Positions 62,009 through 64,000 of a DNA stretch of 64,000 nucleotides are shown in pieces. The notes below the pieces were generated by a model. The model did no database searches, had not been told where the DNA came from, and saw only the letters and a program-made list of their open reading frames with translations. How positions within the stretch are numbered: position 1 is the first letter of the stretch; each line of letters opens with the position of its first letter. Position numbers and translations under genes: made by a program. Source of the stretch: Vicugna vicugna (taxonomy: Eukaryota); contig MU058781.1 of NCBI GenBank assembly GCA_013265495.1, positions 4,837,050 through 4,901,049 on the forward strand, in the 5' to 3' direction.

Positions 62009-62329
62009 TTAGAGTTAAATAAAATATTTTAAAAATCTCACCTGCTTTAATAATTTTAATGTGGCTATTTGATAAAATTATTGCGTTATATTTCTGTTGG
62101 ACAGCACTCATCTGTGTGCAAGGATCTCGGAGCACACCTGTGTCATTATGCCCTGAGTAAAGTGGACATATATTGAGGTATAATTAGCATGCTGTCCAAT
62201 TCACCTGTTTCAGTTCTGTGACGTTGGATAAACGCATGTAACTTATCACAGTGAAGGGCCCCTTTGTAGTTAATCCGCTCTCTAACCAGTTCTTTTCTGG
62301 ATTTCCTGTGACTTTTCTGGAATGTCTTA

Positions 62330-63500
62330 GGTGGAATCACACAACACATAGCCTCTTGAGTGTAGTATATAGTTTCTTGATGTTTTTGAGATCCAGCAGT
62401 GTCATTCGTATTAGAAGTTAATTTCTGTTGCTGAGTGGTGTTCTGTTGTTTGGCTGTGCCACAGTTTGTCTATCTGTTCATCAGTTCATGGACATTGGCA
62501 GTTTTTGGTGATTGTGAATAGACCTGCTGTACATAGGTTTTTGTGAGGTGATGTTATTCATTGCTAGGTATTTATTGCTAGTGTGTGTTTAACTTTATAA
62601 GAAAATACCAGTCTTTTCCAGAGTGACTGCTCTGTGCATTCCACAAGCAATGTATGAGGGTTCACTGCTTTGCTCTGGAGGGTTCATTTGTATTTGGTGT
62701 TGTCAGCTTTTAAATTCCAGCCATTTTAATAGGTATGTAGTAGAATTTTACTGTGGTTTTAATTTGCGTTTTCCTGGTGACAAATAGATGTCGAGCATCG
62801 TTCCATGTGTGTAATTTGCCCATTTAAAGTTGGGTTGTTTTCTTATCAAGTATTGAGAATTAAAAACAGATATGTTGTGGATGTGAATCTGTTATTAGAT
62901 ATGTGTTTTGTACATATGTTCTTTTCCAGTATTAGTTTGCTCAGGGCTGTTTTAACAAGTACCAAGACCGGGTGGCTTAAACAATCAAAATTTACTTTGT
63001 CATAGTTATGGGGGCCAGAAATCTGAGCTCAGGTTTGTTACTTCTGGGGCTGCCTTTCTTCCTTGCTTTCTGGTTATCTTTTCCCTGTATCTTCACATTC
63101 TCTTTCCTCTGTCTGTGTGTGTTCAGTCTTCTTTTTATCAGGACACTGGTCATAATCCAGCGGGCTCCACCTTTAATGACCTCATTTTAACCCAGTCATC
63201 TCTTTATAGACGCTCTGTCTCCAAACACAGTCACATTCTGAGGTACTGGGGGTTAGGATAATTGAGGTTTTTTGGGGGGAGAGGAAATCACAACTCAGGC
63301 CATACCGTTTCTTGACATTCATTGTCATCTGTAGAACAGAACCATTTTTATTTGAATGAAGCCCAAATTATCTTCATCAGTTCCTCCTTTTTGTATCCTA
63401 AGAAATCTCATGGCCAGGATTGCCTCCTGTGTTTCCTCTAGGAGTTCAGTGCTGGGTTTTTAAAATTTATCCCATGACCACTTGGAGTTAAGTATGGTCC
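62330..63500 (-). mobile_element. Old L1 interrupted by an MLT1 LTR
   Basis: gttcatcagttcatggacatt...tgcattccacaagcaatgtatgagggtt...tagatatgtgttttgtacatatgttc, resuming after 63305 as agaacagaaccatttttatttgaatgaagcccaaatt. Confidence 0.8.
62928..63305. mobile_element. MLT1 (MaLR) solo LTR
   Basis: gtattagtttgctcagggctg...gggtggcttaaacaa...taatgacctcattttaac...ccaaacacagtcacattctgaggtactgggggttagga. Confidence 0.85.
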
Positions 63501-64000
63501 AAATAGTTGTGTGTGTTTGTTTATTTGTTTGTTTTGTTTTTTTGATGAGTCTCCTTTTATTTTTGATTTTAAACTCCTTTCCCTTTGATAGAGCATTTCA
63601 ACAGCACAGAAGGGAGTAAAGTTATAAATTCTCCACCCTGTCCAGTCTCTCCCTCTGTTTTTCTCTGTATTTGTATGTGTCTATAATTTCATTTTTCTCC
63701 TACCACAATTTTGAAACTTGCTTTTTTCACTTAATTCACAGCAGGCCCTCGAGTCTGTTGGGTCACATTCGAAAAGGTTGATGGGACCACAGAAGGCCTG
63801 TTACTGAGCCTGAGAGCCGCAGCTGCCAGCCGGGAAGGGTGTCCCGGTTTCACTCTGACATTCCTAGGTTGGAAGCCTGTAAGGGGAGGAGCTTGTGTAT
63901 CAGATACTTCTTGTACTGGGCATGGCTCAAATTATCTTTTTCACCAGCTGCACTATAGCCTCTGGTTTGCAGGTATTGGACTTGAAAAAAAAATTTTTTT

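Larger units (their letters stand above)
61640..62107 (+). mobile_element. MER33-like DNA transposon interrupted by L1 and SINE
   Basis: Left arm gtagcctctagccacctgtg...aaatacacactgaatttctaagacttagta. Right arm gttaaataaaatat...tcacctgcttt...aatgtggctat...atatttctgttggacagcac. Confidence 0.75.
1852..64000 (+). other. JARID2: Long intron of a + strand host gene (tentatively JARID2 intron 1)
   Basis: The intron call rests on T/G strand skew, the antisense bias of L1 and SINE copies, and the absence of coding exons. The gene name is only an architectural resemblance from memory: an internal CpG-island promoter a few kb downstream of an AT-rich main promoter, followed by a very long first intron. 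No coding sequence is present to verify it. Confidence 0.4.

Noticed and set aside
1..64000. CRISPR arrays, prokaryotic operons, rRNA, snoRNA or miRNA genes, novel multi-gene system
   Set aside because: No regularly spaced repeat-spacer array, gene-dense segment or recognisable structured RNA was seen. A small RNA could be missed by eye, and an Infernal/Rfam scan would be decisive.

Overview
Mammalian genomic DNA, most likely camelid (alpaca, llama or camel), judged from at least nine copies of a tRNA-derived SINE that matches my recollection of the camelid Vic-1 family. I found no convincing protein-coding exon. The window opens in a CpG-retaining, AT-rich stretch (1-900). A CpG-island promoter follows (~1000-2050) with two perfect CRE sites and a probable first exon ending at a CAG|GTGAGC donor (1851|1852). 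The remaining ~62 kb looks like one long + strand intron: T>A and G>C skew, mostly antisense L1 and SINE copies, many L1, L2, MIR, MER33, Tigger-like and MLT1 relics, microsatellites, repeat-free motif-dense blocks that may be enhancers, and one ~237-N assembly gap. The layout resembles the internal promoter and intron 1 of JARID2, but I cannot confirm this without coding sequence. I see no evidence for a novel multi-gene system. The most interesting observations are regulatory, splicing-related or repeat-evolutionary. Repeat family names come from remembered consensus sequences, and boundaries of old repeats are approximate.
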